This document shows, piece by piece, positions 1 to 9,163 of a stretch of DNA of 20,000 nucleotides. The stretch lies in sequence record DRR723986_33163; one strand, 5' to 3'. Every line of letters starts with the position of its first letter. Positions within the stretch are counted from its first letter, which is position 1. The notes under the pieces were generated by a model. The model was not told the origin of the DNA and ran no database searches. It was given only the letters and a program-made list of their open reading frames with translations. Position numbers and translations under genes: made by a program.

Positions 1-2827
1 TACCATCATTAATGAGTTGGTTTTTATATTTAGAATAGCTTTTCTCTTTAACCAAACCACTATCCTTCACTTTTGACAATAAGCTATAAAGCGGCTGTTT
101 ATATTCACTTATAGTACTGTATTCTAAAATTTTTGGGAATAGGCTGGCTTTAAGCTCTAGTGAGTCTTTCTTAAAGTAATTATAAAAAATACTGCTAACA
201 CCTCCAAGAGGAATATCGCGTTCCATTAACTCTAGCGCCAAATTATAGGACTCTTTTTTGTTTGAGTCTATTAGGCCTTCTAAAATTGCTGTTTGTGTTT
301 GAGGGTCTGAATAACTATCAAAATACAATTGCTTTATAAAATCGATATTACTTTTTAGATCTATTTCAATTAATTTTTCGACCAGATGAGATTTTATATC
401 TAATCGTTCTCTTTCAAATTCAAAGTCTTTTAAAACTGAAACTATATCATTACTGTTCTGTTTTTTAAACTTAATAAGGTTATAAGATTCTAAAATAATA
501 CTGTCGTTTTCTCTCAGTGCTTCAAAGAACTGATCAGTTTTGTCTTTTAAAACACTTTTACCCATTAAGGTATCTATTGGTCTAAAAGAGTTATAGAATT
601 CTGTAATAAATTTTGATGGACCGCTAATAGAATCTATTAACACATACATTTCAAAAAGCACACCTTTTTTTAATATGTTCTTTACCATTACTTGTTTTGC
701 ACTTGCAGAATCTGTGTAGGTAAAACTGTAGGAGTAGATACTATCTTTAAATGTTTTTGATCTGTTAGAAATATTAAATCTCTTTTGTGGAGTGAAATAA
801 GGACTGCTAAAATTAATCTTATTGTCTATGGTCTTCCAAAGACTATCTATGTTGTGAAACATTTGCAGATCATGAAACTTTTTTCTAGAAACAGAAACCT
901 GTTCATTAGCCTTTGTTGCATAGACAGTCTCTTTAGTTTTTTCTTGATAGTCCTTGTTATCTGATCCGTCGTTGTAACCGTAATTATAGCCATTAGGTAT
1001 AGGTGATTTACCATTAGTCATAACCGAAAAATGTAAAGACGTGTCTATAACTTTCTCAAAGTCTTCGTACGAGATCTTATTGAATTTAAACGACTCAAAG
1101 AAATCCGATTTTTTTGCTTCTTCTTTGCCAACATAACCTAACAAATAATAACTTCCATCTTTTACAATAGTTTTTAGATGTAAATTCTTGTTGTTTACAG
1201 AATCTAAAACTGCATAAGATTCATAAGTTTTATAAGCTCCAGATTTAAATTCACCTTTGGCCTCTGTTAGTTTATAGTTTTTATAAATGGCCTGATGAAA
1301 ATATTTAGCTTCGAAGGTGTCTTCTTCTATATAAGACACATCTTGTAATGACGCTTCTTGTACAAAGTAATAATCATCATCTTTAAAGCCTTGTAATAAT
1401 TTTCTACCACTATTTTCCATGTTATTTGTAACGTAATACGATGGGAAATTAACCTCAAATTTATTATTTGGAGCAGTATATTTTTTTACGTCACTAGTTG
1501 GTGTTTTAAGTTTGATAGAGTTAAAAACAGAGGCTTCATGTTTTAGCACAAAATCACTTCTGCCAGCATATTTAATAATAATAATTTCTAATGGAGTTTG
1601 GTAGATGTGATATTTTTGAAACTCACCCTTTTTAGTTTTATTGAGAATACTTATACCAGGATAAGGAACTTTTAATTCTTCTTTCTTTACGATATCACCA
1701 GGTATGTCTTCGTATAAGAGATTATCAATATCTTTTAATGTGATATTTTCTTTTTCGTTTGGTAGATAAATAAATCTGCTTATTCGATTTACAGTGATGT
1801 ATGCGCCATTGGTCATGTCAGGATCTAAATAGTAGTTCTGACCGCCATACGCAAACTCTCTTAATGTATCGTAAGTATTTAAACTTAAAAAACCGTCTGG
1901 TGTGTTATTTATACTAACCTTTGGCGCAACAAATAAACTATCAAGTTTGGTTTTCTCTTTTTTACTGTATTCTGTCTGATCCGATGTTGAGGCTTCTACT
2001 TTGTAGCCTCTTTGACGTAACATGTTTATCATACCTTTATTACCAGGTAAATGTGCAGCACCGACACCTGCAAATACTGATTTTTTTGGCATCAGTTTAA
2101 CGAGAGAATTTACCATATTTTCGTTTCTAATATATAACATGTTTTCTCGGTAGAATTCAGTATTCACTCCGGCGCCAATCGAATCTAATAGATCTAAGTT
2201 TCGGTCTCGATAAAGGTTCTCTTGGATGAGGTATGGGTTTTCTTTAGAAAATAGTTTTTGTAACCACGGATCTAAATCTTTTTTGTCTGGGTTATAGCTT
2301 GCTTTTGTAACTAAATATCTCGACTCGGCTAAATCCTCCAACCCAACAATCTCTTTATTATTCTTTTTCCCAGCTTGAAAAATGAACATATCTAAATAGG
2401 TCTCTTCCTCAAAATTATCTGACTGACTATTTTTTCTGTATAAATAGGCATTTACAGCATTATTATCCATTCTAACCGAAGCTCTAATGGCCATTTCTTC
2501 TGGATGCTCAAGTTTAAATAGATTTGTGTAAAATTGACTTCTGTAACTGTTGTAATATGACATTTCACTAATCATCATGTCATAATTAAATCCTGGCCAT
2601 GTGGTTGGGTCAGATTCTAATGCAATACAATCACTTTCGTTAAGAGCTTTATAAAAGACATCATCTAATCTAAATGCCACCTTTTTACTAACGTGCATGG
2701 TTCCATAGAGATAGGATGGCTTTTCCAGACCATTACCGGTTATTTTCCAGAGTAAACTTTGGTACTGCTGTTGAGAAAAACAAGCTATTGAAAATAATAT
2801 AAGAAAGAGTGATGCAATTTTTTTCAT
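1..2827 (-). CDS. Large secreted TraB/GumN (Tiki-like metalloprotease) family protein with long C-terminal extension; 3' end lies outside the window (>=942 aa)
   Basis: Not in the ORF track because no stop codon falls in the window. Manual translation from ATG 2827: MKKIASLFLILFSIACFSQQQYQSLLWKITGNGLEKPSYLYGTMHVS... Family motifs present: GTMH, IALE, IVGLE, IRNENM and FAGVGAAHLPG (about 2043-2080). The same frame is still open at the left edge (GLVKEKSYSKYKNQLINDG). The frame was spot-checked, not every codon. Confidence 0.9.
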   Translation of the reverse strand, partial: MKKIASLFLILFSIACFSQQQYQSLLWKITGNGLEKPSYLYGTMHVSKKVAFRLDDVFYKALNESDCIALESDPTTWPGFNYDMMISEMSYYNSYRSQFYTNLFKLEHPEEMAIRASVRMDNNAVNAYLYRKNSQSDNFEEETYLDMFIFQAGKKNNKEIVGLEDLAESRYLVTKASYNPDKKDLDPWLQKLFSKENPYLIQENLYRDRNLDLLDSIGAGVNTEFYRENMLYIRNENMVNSLVKLMPKKSVFAGVGAAHLPGNKGMINMLRQRGYKVEASTSDQTEYSKKEKTKLDSLFVAPKVSINNTPDGFLSLNTYDTLREFAYGGQNYYLDPDMTNGAYITVNRISRFIYLPNEKENITLKDIDNLLYEDIPGDIVKKEELKVPYPGISILNKTKKGEFQKYHIYQTPLEIIIIKYAGRSDFVLKHEASVFNSIKLKTPTSDVKKYTAPNNKFEVNFPSYYVTNNMENSGRKLLQGFKDDDYYFVQEASLQDVSYIEEDTFEAKYFHQAIYKNYKLTEAKGEFKSGAYKTYESYAVLDSVNNKNLHLKTIVKDGSYYLLGYVGKEEAKKSDFFESFKFNKISYEDFEKVIDTSLHFSVMTNGKSPIPNGYNYGYNDGSDNKDYQEKTKETVYATKANEQVSVSRKKFHDLQMFHNIDSLWKTIDNKINFSSPYFTPQKRFNISNRSKTFKDSIYSYSFTYTDSASAKQVMVKNILKKGVLFEMYVLIDSISGPSKFITEFYNSFRPIDTLMGKSVLKDKTDQFFEALRENDSIILESYNLIKFKKQNSNDIVSVLKDFEFERERLDIKSHLVEKLIEIDLKSNIDFIKQLYFDSYSDPQTQTAILEGLIDSNKKESYNLALELMERDIPLGGVSSIFYNYFKKDSLELKASLFPKILEYSTISEYKQPLYSLLSKVKDSGLVKEKSYSKYKNQLINDG

Positions 2828-2848
2828 AAAAATTTTTAACAAGGCTTG

Positions 2849-2856
2849 TAAAGATA
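2849..2856 (-). promoter_or_regulatory. Putative Bacteroidota -7 promoter element for the TraB/GumN gene
   Basis: TATCTTTA on the minus strand (TAnnTTTG consensus with terminal A), 21 nt upstream of ATG 2827. Confidence 0.45.
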
Positions 2857-3020
2857 TTTAAATAGTTGAAACATCCATAAACTCTAATCAAAACTCGATA
2901 AAATTTATTTTGGGAGGCGTTAACTACAATTATTATAACAAATAATAGCATAAAATATTTGATGATAATGGAATAAAAAAAACCTATCATACTTATTTAG
3001 ACCTATTGCATATAGAGTTG

Positions 3021-3028
3021 TATTTTTG
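3021..3028 (+). promoter_or_regulatory. Putative -7 promoter element for hemH
   Basis: TATTTTTG is an exact TAnnTTTG match 17 nt upstream of ATG 3046. This favours ATG 3046 over TTG 3031 as the start. Confidence 0.55.
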
Positions 3029-3045
3029 CATTGCAATTGAAAACT

Positions 3046-4086
3046 ATGAAAAAAGGAATATTATTAGTGAATTTAGGTTCTCCGGATTCTCCTGAACCTA
3101 AGGATGTGAAAAAGTATTTAGGCGAATTTTTAATGGACGAACGTGTTATTGACTTACCATTATGCGCTAGAACGCTTTTGGTAAAAGGAATTATTTTAAA
3201 CACAAGACCAAAAGCTTCGGCAAAAGCTTACAAGAAAATATGGTGGGAGGAAGGTTCACCATTAATTGTTTTATCAGAACGACTTCAGGAAAAATTACAA
3301 AACAAAGTTGACTACCCTGTTGCGCTCGCTATGCGTTATGGTAGTATGACTATAAAAAAGGGATTACAACAATTAGTAGATAAAGGGTGTACTGAAATAA
3401 AAACGATTCCCTTATATCCGCAATTTGCAATGGCAACAACCGAAACAATTGATGTAAAAGTGGATGAGTTGGTTGCTGAGTATTTCCCAGATATAAAAAT
3501 AACGCGTACACCAGCTTTTTATAATCGTGAAGACTATATTAAGGTGCTATCAAATAGTATAGCTGAGACGCTCGAAGGTGTAGATTATGAGCATATCCTG
3601 TTTAGTTATCATGGTGTGCCAGAAAGACATATTCGTAAAAGTGATATCACCAACGGAAATTGTAAAATGGATGGTAGATGTTGTTTTAAAATGGGTAGTA
3701 AACAGCACGAGTTTTGTTATCGTCATCAATGCGAAATCACAACAATAAATGTAGCTAAAAAACTAGGTTTAAAAAAAGGAACTTATTCTACTACCTTTCA
3801 ATCTAGACTTGGGTTTGATCCATGGTTAAAACCTTACACAGATCGTACTATTGAACGGATGGGTAAAGAAGGTACCAAGAAAATGGCTATAGTTACACCT
3901 GCTTTTGTGAGTGATTGTTTAGAGACACTAGAAGAAATTGCAATGGAAGGTGAAGAAATCTTTCACGAAGTTGGAGGTAAAGAGTTCACTGTAATACCAT
4001 GTCTTAATGAGCGTGAAGATTTTGCCCAGGTTCTCGCAAATATGATAAAAGAATGGGCAACTGATGAAAAATCTGTGACCGTTTAA
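3046..4086 (+). CDS. hemH: Protoporphyrin ferrochelatase with internal Cys-rich insert
   Basis: Motifs GILLVNLGSP, AMRYG, PLYPQF, FSYHGVP, FQSRLG..PWLKPYT and FVSDCLETLEEI. Start placed at ATG 3046 (MKKGILL); the track start is TTG 3031. Confidence 0.97.
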   Translation: MKKGILLVNLGSPDSPEPKDVKKYLGEFLMDERVIDLPLCARTLLVKGIILNTRPKASAKAYKKIWWEEGSPLIVLSERLQEKLQNKVDYPVALAMRYGSMTIKKGLQQLVDKGCTEIKTIPLYPQFAMATTETIDVKVDELVAEYFPDIKITRTPAFYNREDYIKVLSNSIAETLEGVDYEHILFSYHGVPERHIRKSDITNGNCKMDGRCCFKMGSKQHEFCYRHQCEITTINVAKKLGLKKGTYSTTFQSRLGFDPWLKPYTDRTIERMGKEGTKKMAIVTPAFVSDCLETLEEIAMEGEEIFHEVGGKEFTVIPCLNEREDFAQVLANMIKEWATDEKSVTV

Positions 4087-5441
4087 TGGCTAAATTGTCT
4101 TCACAAGACTTGGGAGATCAACCAATAGGTAATTTGCTTATTAAGCAAGCAGTGCCTGCTTCAATTGGTATTTTAGTAATGTCTCTCAATATTTTAGTAG
4201 ATACCATTTTTGTGGGTAATTGGATTGGTCCAACAGCCATCGCTGCTATAAACGTGGTATTACCAGTTTCCTTTTTTATTGCTGCTTTAGGTATGGCTAT
4301 TGGCGTAGGAGGTTCATCAATTATCTCTCGAGCCTTAGGCGCAGATAATACTACCAAAGCACTTAAAACCTTTGGTAATCAAATTACATTAACAGCATTA
4401 ATAACTGTAGTATTTGTCATTTTTGGTTTGTGGTACATTAATGATTTAATCCCTGCTTTTGGCGGCAAAGGTTCTATTTTTCAACCAGCTAAGATTTATT
4501 ATAAGATTGTATTGTATGGAGTTCCAATTCTGGCACTCTGCATGATGGGTAATACTGTAATAAGAGCAGAAGGCAAGCCAAAATTTGCAATGTACGCTAT
4601 GATGTTCCCGTCAGTGGGTAATTTATTGTTAGACATTCTATTTATTAAAGTATTTGATTTTGGAATGGCAGGAGCTGCTTGGGCAACAACAGGATCATAT
4701 ATCCTTTGTTTCTTGTTTATTCTTTGGTTCTTTATGTCTAAAAATTCTGAATTAAAACTCAATTTTAAACACTTTGGTTTAGATCTACCAATAGTTAAAG
4801 AAATAAGTTCATTAGGATTTGTTACACTCTCTAGACAGACTATTGTAAGTATAACCTACTTATTAATGAACGATATTCTATTTGATTTAGGTGGTGAAAC
4901 ATCTGTTACTGCTTATGCTATTGTCGGAAGAATGCTAATGTTTGCCTTATTTCCAGTTTATGGAATCACTCAAGGTTTTTTACCAATTGCAGGGTTTAAT
5001 TATGGTGCAGAAAAATATAAACGTGTAAGAGAGTCAATTATAACAGCAATAAAATATGCGGCTTTATTAGCAACTGTTGTTTTTATTTTTTTAATGATAT
5101 TCCCAGATGCAATTACAAAGTTATTTACTAAAGATGCAGATGTATTGCAGCAAACTCCACCTGCAATGAGATGGGTATTTGCCGCTACACCAATTATTGC
5201 AGTTCAGTTAATTGGTGCAGCATACTTTCAGGCAGTTGGTAAAGCCATACCCGCTCTATTGCTAACATTGACACGTCAAGGTATTTTCTTTATTCCATTA
5301 ATACTTATTTTACCAAAGTATTATGGTGAAATTGGTGTATGGATGTCTTTTCCGATTTCTGATGTACTGTCCACAATAGTCACTGCCTTTTTTTTAGACA
5401 GAGAAGTGAAGTTAAAATTGTTACCAAAGGAGACAGAATAA
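4086..5441 (+). CDS. MATE family efflux transporter (MepA-like subgroup)
   Basis: 451 aa, about 12 hydrophobic segments, motifs NILVDTIFVG, IRAEGKPK, LLDILFI and GFNYGA. The start overlaps the hemH stop (TAATG). Confidence 0.93.
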   Translation: MAKLSSQDLGDQPIGNLLIKQAVPASIGILVMSLNILVDTIFVGNWIGPTAIAAINVVLPVSFFIAALGMAIGVGGSSIISRALGADNTTKALKTFGNQITLTALITVVFVIFGLWYINDLIPAFGGKGSIFQPAKIYYKIVLYGVPILALCMMGNTVIRAEGKPKFAMYAMMFPSVGNLLLDILFIKVFDFGMAGAAWATTGSYILCFLFILWFFMSKNSELKLNFKHFGLDLPIVKEISSLGFVTLSRQTIVSITYLLMNDILFDLGGETSVTAYAIVGRMLMFALFPVYGITQGFLPIAGFNYGAEKYKRVRESIITAIKYAALLATVVFIFLMIFPDAITKLFTKDADVLQQTPPAMRWVFAATPIIAVQLIGAAYFQAVGKAIPALLLTLTRQGIFFIPLILILPKYYGEIGVWMSFPISDVLSTIVTAFFLDREVKLKLLPKETE

Positions 5442-5486
5442 TAATAAATCCGTAATTTTAAATTTCTATAACCAACGCATATTTTT

Positions 5487-8400
5487 ATGAAATTTCTAAA
5501 TAAAATAGCAGTATTACTGCTTTGTTTTTTTAGCTGTAATTTACAATCACAAGACATTCAAGAATCAGATTATGGAGCATTAGAATATCGATTACTTGGC
5601 CCATTTAGAGGTGGGAGAAGTGCAGCCGTAACAGGAGTTCCTAACCAACCCAACTTGTATTATTTTGGTGCAGCAGGAGGTGGAATATGGAAAACGACTA
5701 ATGGTGGCAGGCAATGGGAGAATATTTCTGATGGTTACTTTGGTGGTAGCATTGGTTCAATTGCGGTTTCTAAAAGCGATCCAAATGTGATGTATGTTGG
5801 AGGTGGTGAGAAAACAGTAAGAGGGAATGTCTCTTCAGGTTATGGCGTTTGGAAAAGTGTGGACGCTGGTAAAACATGGACAAAATCCGGATTAAAAAAT
5901 TCACGACATATTCCACGTATCGCAATACATCCAACTAACCACAATATAGTTTACGCAGGTGTCTTAGGAAACATATATAAACCAAGACAAGAACGCGGAG
6001 TCTATAAAAGTACTGATGGTGGTAAAACATGGAAGAAAACCTTATTTTCTAACGAGCATGCTGGTGTTGTAGATTTAATAATGGATCCAACAAATCCAAG
6101 AATTTTATATGCCTCAACTTGGCGCGTACAAAGGACACCGTATAGTTTAAGTTCTGGTGGCGAAGGTTCTGCACTATGGAAAAGTACAGACAGTGGAGAA
6201 ACTTGGACAGAAATTTCAACAGCAAAAGGCTTTCCTGAAGGTGTCCTGGGAATTATAGGTGTTACAGTTTCCCCTATAAATAATCAGCGTATTTGGGCTA
6301 TTGTTGAGAATAAAGACCAAGGTGGTTTATATAGAAGTGATGATGGTGGAGAAACTTGGAACCAAGTTAATAGTGAACGAAAATTGCGTCAGCGTGCGTG
6401 GTATTATACGAGAGTTTACGCAGATACAGAAGATGTCAATACGGTTTATGTCTTAAATGTTAGGTACCATAAAAGTACGGATGGTGGTAGAACATTTAGT
6501 ACGTATAATGCACCACATGGAGATCATCATGATTTATGGATAGCACCAGAAAATCCAAATCGTATGATTATTGGTGATGATGGTGGAGCACAAGTGACTT
6601 ACGATGGAGGTGAAACATGGAGTACCTATTACAACCAACCAACATCACAGTTTTATCGTGTAACTACAGATAATGCATTTCCATATAGAATTTATGTAGC
6701 TCAACAAGACAATTCTACTATTAGGATTCCTCATAGAACTGACGGGAGAGGAATAACTGAGGACGACTGGGAAAGTACAGCAGGCGGAGAGTCTGCTCAT
6801 ATAGCTGTTGATCCGGAAGATAATGATATTGTCTACGGTGGTAGCTATGACGGATTTTTAACGCGCGTGAATCATAAAACAGGAACCGTAAGAGCGATTA
6901 ATGTATGGCCAGATAATCCGATGGGTCATGGTGCTGAAGGGATGAAATATCGTTTTCAATGGAATTTTCCAATTATATTTTCAAAGCATAATCCAAATAG
7001 ACTATATACGTTTTCTCAGCATGTACATGTTACTGAAAATGAAGGACAATCTTGGGATATTATTAGTCCCGATTTAACAAGAAATGACCCTGAAAAATTG
7101 AAGTCTTCAGGAGGGCCAATTACACAAGATAACACTTCGGTTGAGTATTACTGTACCATTTTTGCGGCACAAGAGTCACCATTAAAAGAAGGATTATTAT
7201 GGATTGGCAGTGATGATGGATTAATTCATGTAACTCAAGATGGTGGAAAGACTTGGGATAACGTAACTCCTAAGGGTATGCCAGAATGGATGATGATTAA
7301 TAGTATTGAGCCAAGTGCGTTTGATGAAGGCACATGTTATGTGGCTGGTACCAAATATAAAACTGGTGATTTTGCTCCTTATTTGTATAAAACAACAGAC
7401 TACGGTAAGACTTGGAAAAAAATCACAAACGGAATTAATGAAGAGCATTTTACAAGAGTATTAAGAGAAGATCCAAAGCGTAAGGGTTTTTTGTATGCAG
7501 GTACGGAAACTGGAATGTATATTTCTTTTAATGATGGAAAAGACTGGAAGCCATTTCAGTTAAATTTGCCTATTGTTCCTATTACAGATATAACCATTAA
7601 AGACAATAATTTAATTGTAGCAACTCAAGGCCGAAGCCTTTGGATGATTGATGACTTAACCGTAATCCATCAGTTATACGATACGGATTTAAGTAAGAAT
7701 GTTTTGTTTAAACCAAAAGACACTTATAGAATGCGTGGTGGTAGCAGAAAAGGAAGTAAAACAACGGGAACCAATCACCCTAATGGAGTTATCACCTATT
7801 TCAACTTAAAAGACCTAAAGGAAGATGATAAAGTGTCTTTAACTTATTTTGATACAAAAGGTGATACCATTAAAACCTTCTCAAATAAGGATAAGAAGAA
7901 TATGTTGAAGGTGAAGAAAGGAGCAAATCAATTTGTTTGGAATATGACTTATGATGGAGCAGAGCGTTTAAAAGGTATGATTTTGTGGTGGGCAAGTTTA
8001 CAAGGCCCAAGAGCAATACCTGGAAATTATAAAGTGAGCTTAAATGTCAATGGCGAAGAGCAATCACAATCGTTCACCATTGTAGCAGATCCTAGAGTAG
8101 AAGGCACTTTGGCTGATATGCAAAAGCAGTTTGACTTCATTAAAGATGTTAATAAAACGATGGACGAGGCTCATAAATCGATTAAGAAAATCAGAAATAT
8201 TAATAAGCAACTTAATGCTTTTCAAAAACAATATGCAGCTAATGAAAACGTAAAGGAATTAGTCCAAAAAGCAAAAACATTAGAGGAACAACTATCTAAT
8301 ATTGAAAAGGAACTATACCAAACTAAAAACATAAGCGGTCAAGATCCATTAAACTTTCCAATTAAGTTGACCAATAAATTAGGCCATTTAAATTCATTAG

Positions 8401-8573
8401 TTAGTATGGGCGATTTTGCACCTACAGAACAAGATATTGCTGTAAAAAAAGAATTAACAACTAAAATTGAAAAGCAGTTATCTGCATTTAACACTATTTT
8501 GAATGATGAGGTTAAGGCATTTAATTCGGCATTTAATGCAAAGCAATTAAACTACTTATTTGTTGAAGATTAA
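5487..8573 (+). CDS. Secreted Asp-box (BNR) repeat beta-propeller protein, Vps10/sortilin-like (often annotated as glycosyl hydrolase), with Ig-like and coiled-coil C-terminus
   Basis: Signal peptide; N-terminal RLLGPFRGGRSAAVTG; 11 S/T-x-D/N-x-G-x-T/S/Q/D-W/F Asp-boxes (e.g. KSTDGGKTW, RSDDGGETW); HGDHHDLWI motif; NQFVWNM...PGNYKVSL Ig-like segment; helical tail. Confidence 0.85.
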   Translation: MKFLNKIAVLLLCFFSCNLQSQDIQESDYGALEYRLLGPFRGGRSAAVTGVPNQPNLYYFGAAGGGIWKTTNGGRQWENISDGYFGGSIGSIAVSKSDPNVMYVGGGEKTVRGNVSSGYGVWKSVDAGKTWTKSGLKNSRHIPRIAIHPTNHNIVYAGVLGNIYKPRQERGVYKSTDGGKTWKKTLFSNEHAGVVDLIMDPTNPRILYASTWRVQRTPYSLSSGGEGSALWKSTDSGETWTEISTAKGFPEGVLGIIGVTVSPINNQRIWAIVENKDQGGLYRSDDGGETWNQVNSERKLRQRAWYYTRVYADTEDVNTVYVLNVRYHKSTDGGRTFSTYNAPHGDHHDLWIAPENPNRMIIGDDGGAQVTYDGGETWSTYYNQPTSQFYRVTTDNAFPYRIYVAQQDNSTIRIPHRTDGRGITEDDWESTAGGESAHIAVDPEDNDIVYGGSYDGFLTRVNHKTGTVRAINVWPDNPMGHGAEGMKYRFQWNFPIIFSKHNPNRLYTFSQHVHVTENEGQSWDIISPDLTRNDPEKLKSSGGPITQDNTSVEYYCTIFAAQESPLKEGLLWIGSDDGLIHVTQDGGKTWDNVTPKGMPEWMMINSIEPSAFDEGTCYVAGTKYKTGDFAPYLYKTTDYGKTWKKITNGINEEHFTRVLREDPKRKGFLYAGTETGMYISFNDGKDWKPFQLNLPIVPITDITIKDNNLIVATQGRSLWMIDDLTVIHQLYDTDLSKNVLFKPKDTYRMRGGSRKGSKTTGTNHPNGVITYFNLKDLKEDDKVSLTYFDTKGDTIKTFSNKDKKNMLKVKKGANQFVWNMTYDGAERLKGMILWWASLQGPRAIPGNYKVSLNVNGEEQSQSFTIVADPRVEGTLADMQKQFDFIKDVNKTMDEAHKSIKKIRNINKQLNAFQKQYAANENVKELVQKAKTLEEQLSNIEKELYQTKNISGQDPLNFPIKLTNKLGHLNSLVSMGDFAPTEQDIAVKKELTTKIEKQLSAFNTILNDEVKAFNSAFNAKQLNYLFVED

Positions 8574-9122
8574 ATGGAATATTACAATTATATTAAATCA
8601 TTACATCTCATTTTTGTAATTACCTGGTTTGCCGGTTTATTTTATATTCCCAGACTATTCGTCTATCAAATTGAAGCCTTTCATAGGCCTTCGCCAGATA
8701 AAGAAATATTAGGCAAACAATTAAAGTTAATGGCAAAGCGACTTTGGTTTATTATTACCTGGCCTTCAGCGATATTGTCAACAATATTCGCTATATGGTT
8801 GTTAATTATCAATCCGGCTTGGCTTCAACAAGGATGGATGCATGTAAAATTAGCTTTTGTCTTATTGCTTTTTATCTATCATTATAAGACACATATTTAC
8901 TATAAGCAACTTCAAAATGATGTTGTAAAAGTGACTTCAAATTTCATGCGAATCTGGAACGAAGGTGCAACATTTATATTGTTCGTTGTGGTGTTTTTGG
9001 TCATTTTAAAAAATTCTTTGAACTGGATTTATGGTATAATTGGGATTGTTGTTTTAGCAATTCTTATTATGCTTGGATTTAAACTTTATAAGAATATTAG
9101 ATCTAAAAATCCAGAAGCTTAA
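8574..9122 (+). CDS. hemJ: Protoporphyrinogen IX oxidase HemJ (CopD/UPF0093 family membrane protein)
   Basis: KSLHLIFVITWFAGLFYIPRLFVY N-terminal motif with the heme-ligand His, WMHVKL and RIWNE; 4-5 TM segments; near hemH. Confidence 0.88.
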   Translation: MEYYNYIKSLHLIFVITWFAGLFYIPRLFVYQIEAFHRPSPDKEILGKQLKLMAKRLWFIITWPSAILSTIFAIWLLIINPAWLQQGWMHVKLAFVLLLFIYHYKTHIYYKQLQNDVVKVTSNFMRIWNEGATFILFVVVFLVILKNSLNWIYGIIGIVVLAILIMLGFKLYKNIRSKNPEA

Positions 9123-9163
9123 TTGGTGTGATTATTGCTATATTTAGTACTTTATAAAACTTA

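Noticed and set aside
1-2827. The TraB name suggesting a conjugative element
   Set aside because: TraB/GumN is a protease-like family unrelated to T4SS ATPases; no relaxase, integrase or other tra genes are present.
2961-2990. GATGATAATG upstream of hemH as a possible Fur box
   Set aside because: Only one good GATAAT hexamer and no 19-bp inverted repeat; expected by chance in AT-rich DNA.
2733-3203. Track ORFs 2733..2990 (-) and 3003..3203 (-)
   Set aside because: The first is out of frame with and overlaps the real TraB/GumN start in low-complexity AT-rich DNA. The second is antisense to hemH.
5865-7420. Recurring GGTAAAACATGG / GGAGAAACTTGG-like DNA words
   Set aside because: Explained by the encoded Asp-box repeats; not an independent DNA repeat.
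8574-9122. Copper-resistance CopD assignment
   Set aside because: The motifs and the proximity to hemH fit HemJ; there is no CopC or other copper gene.
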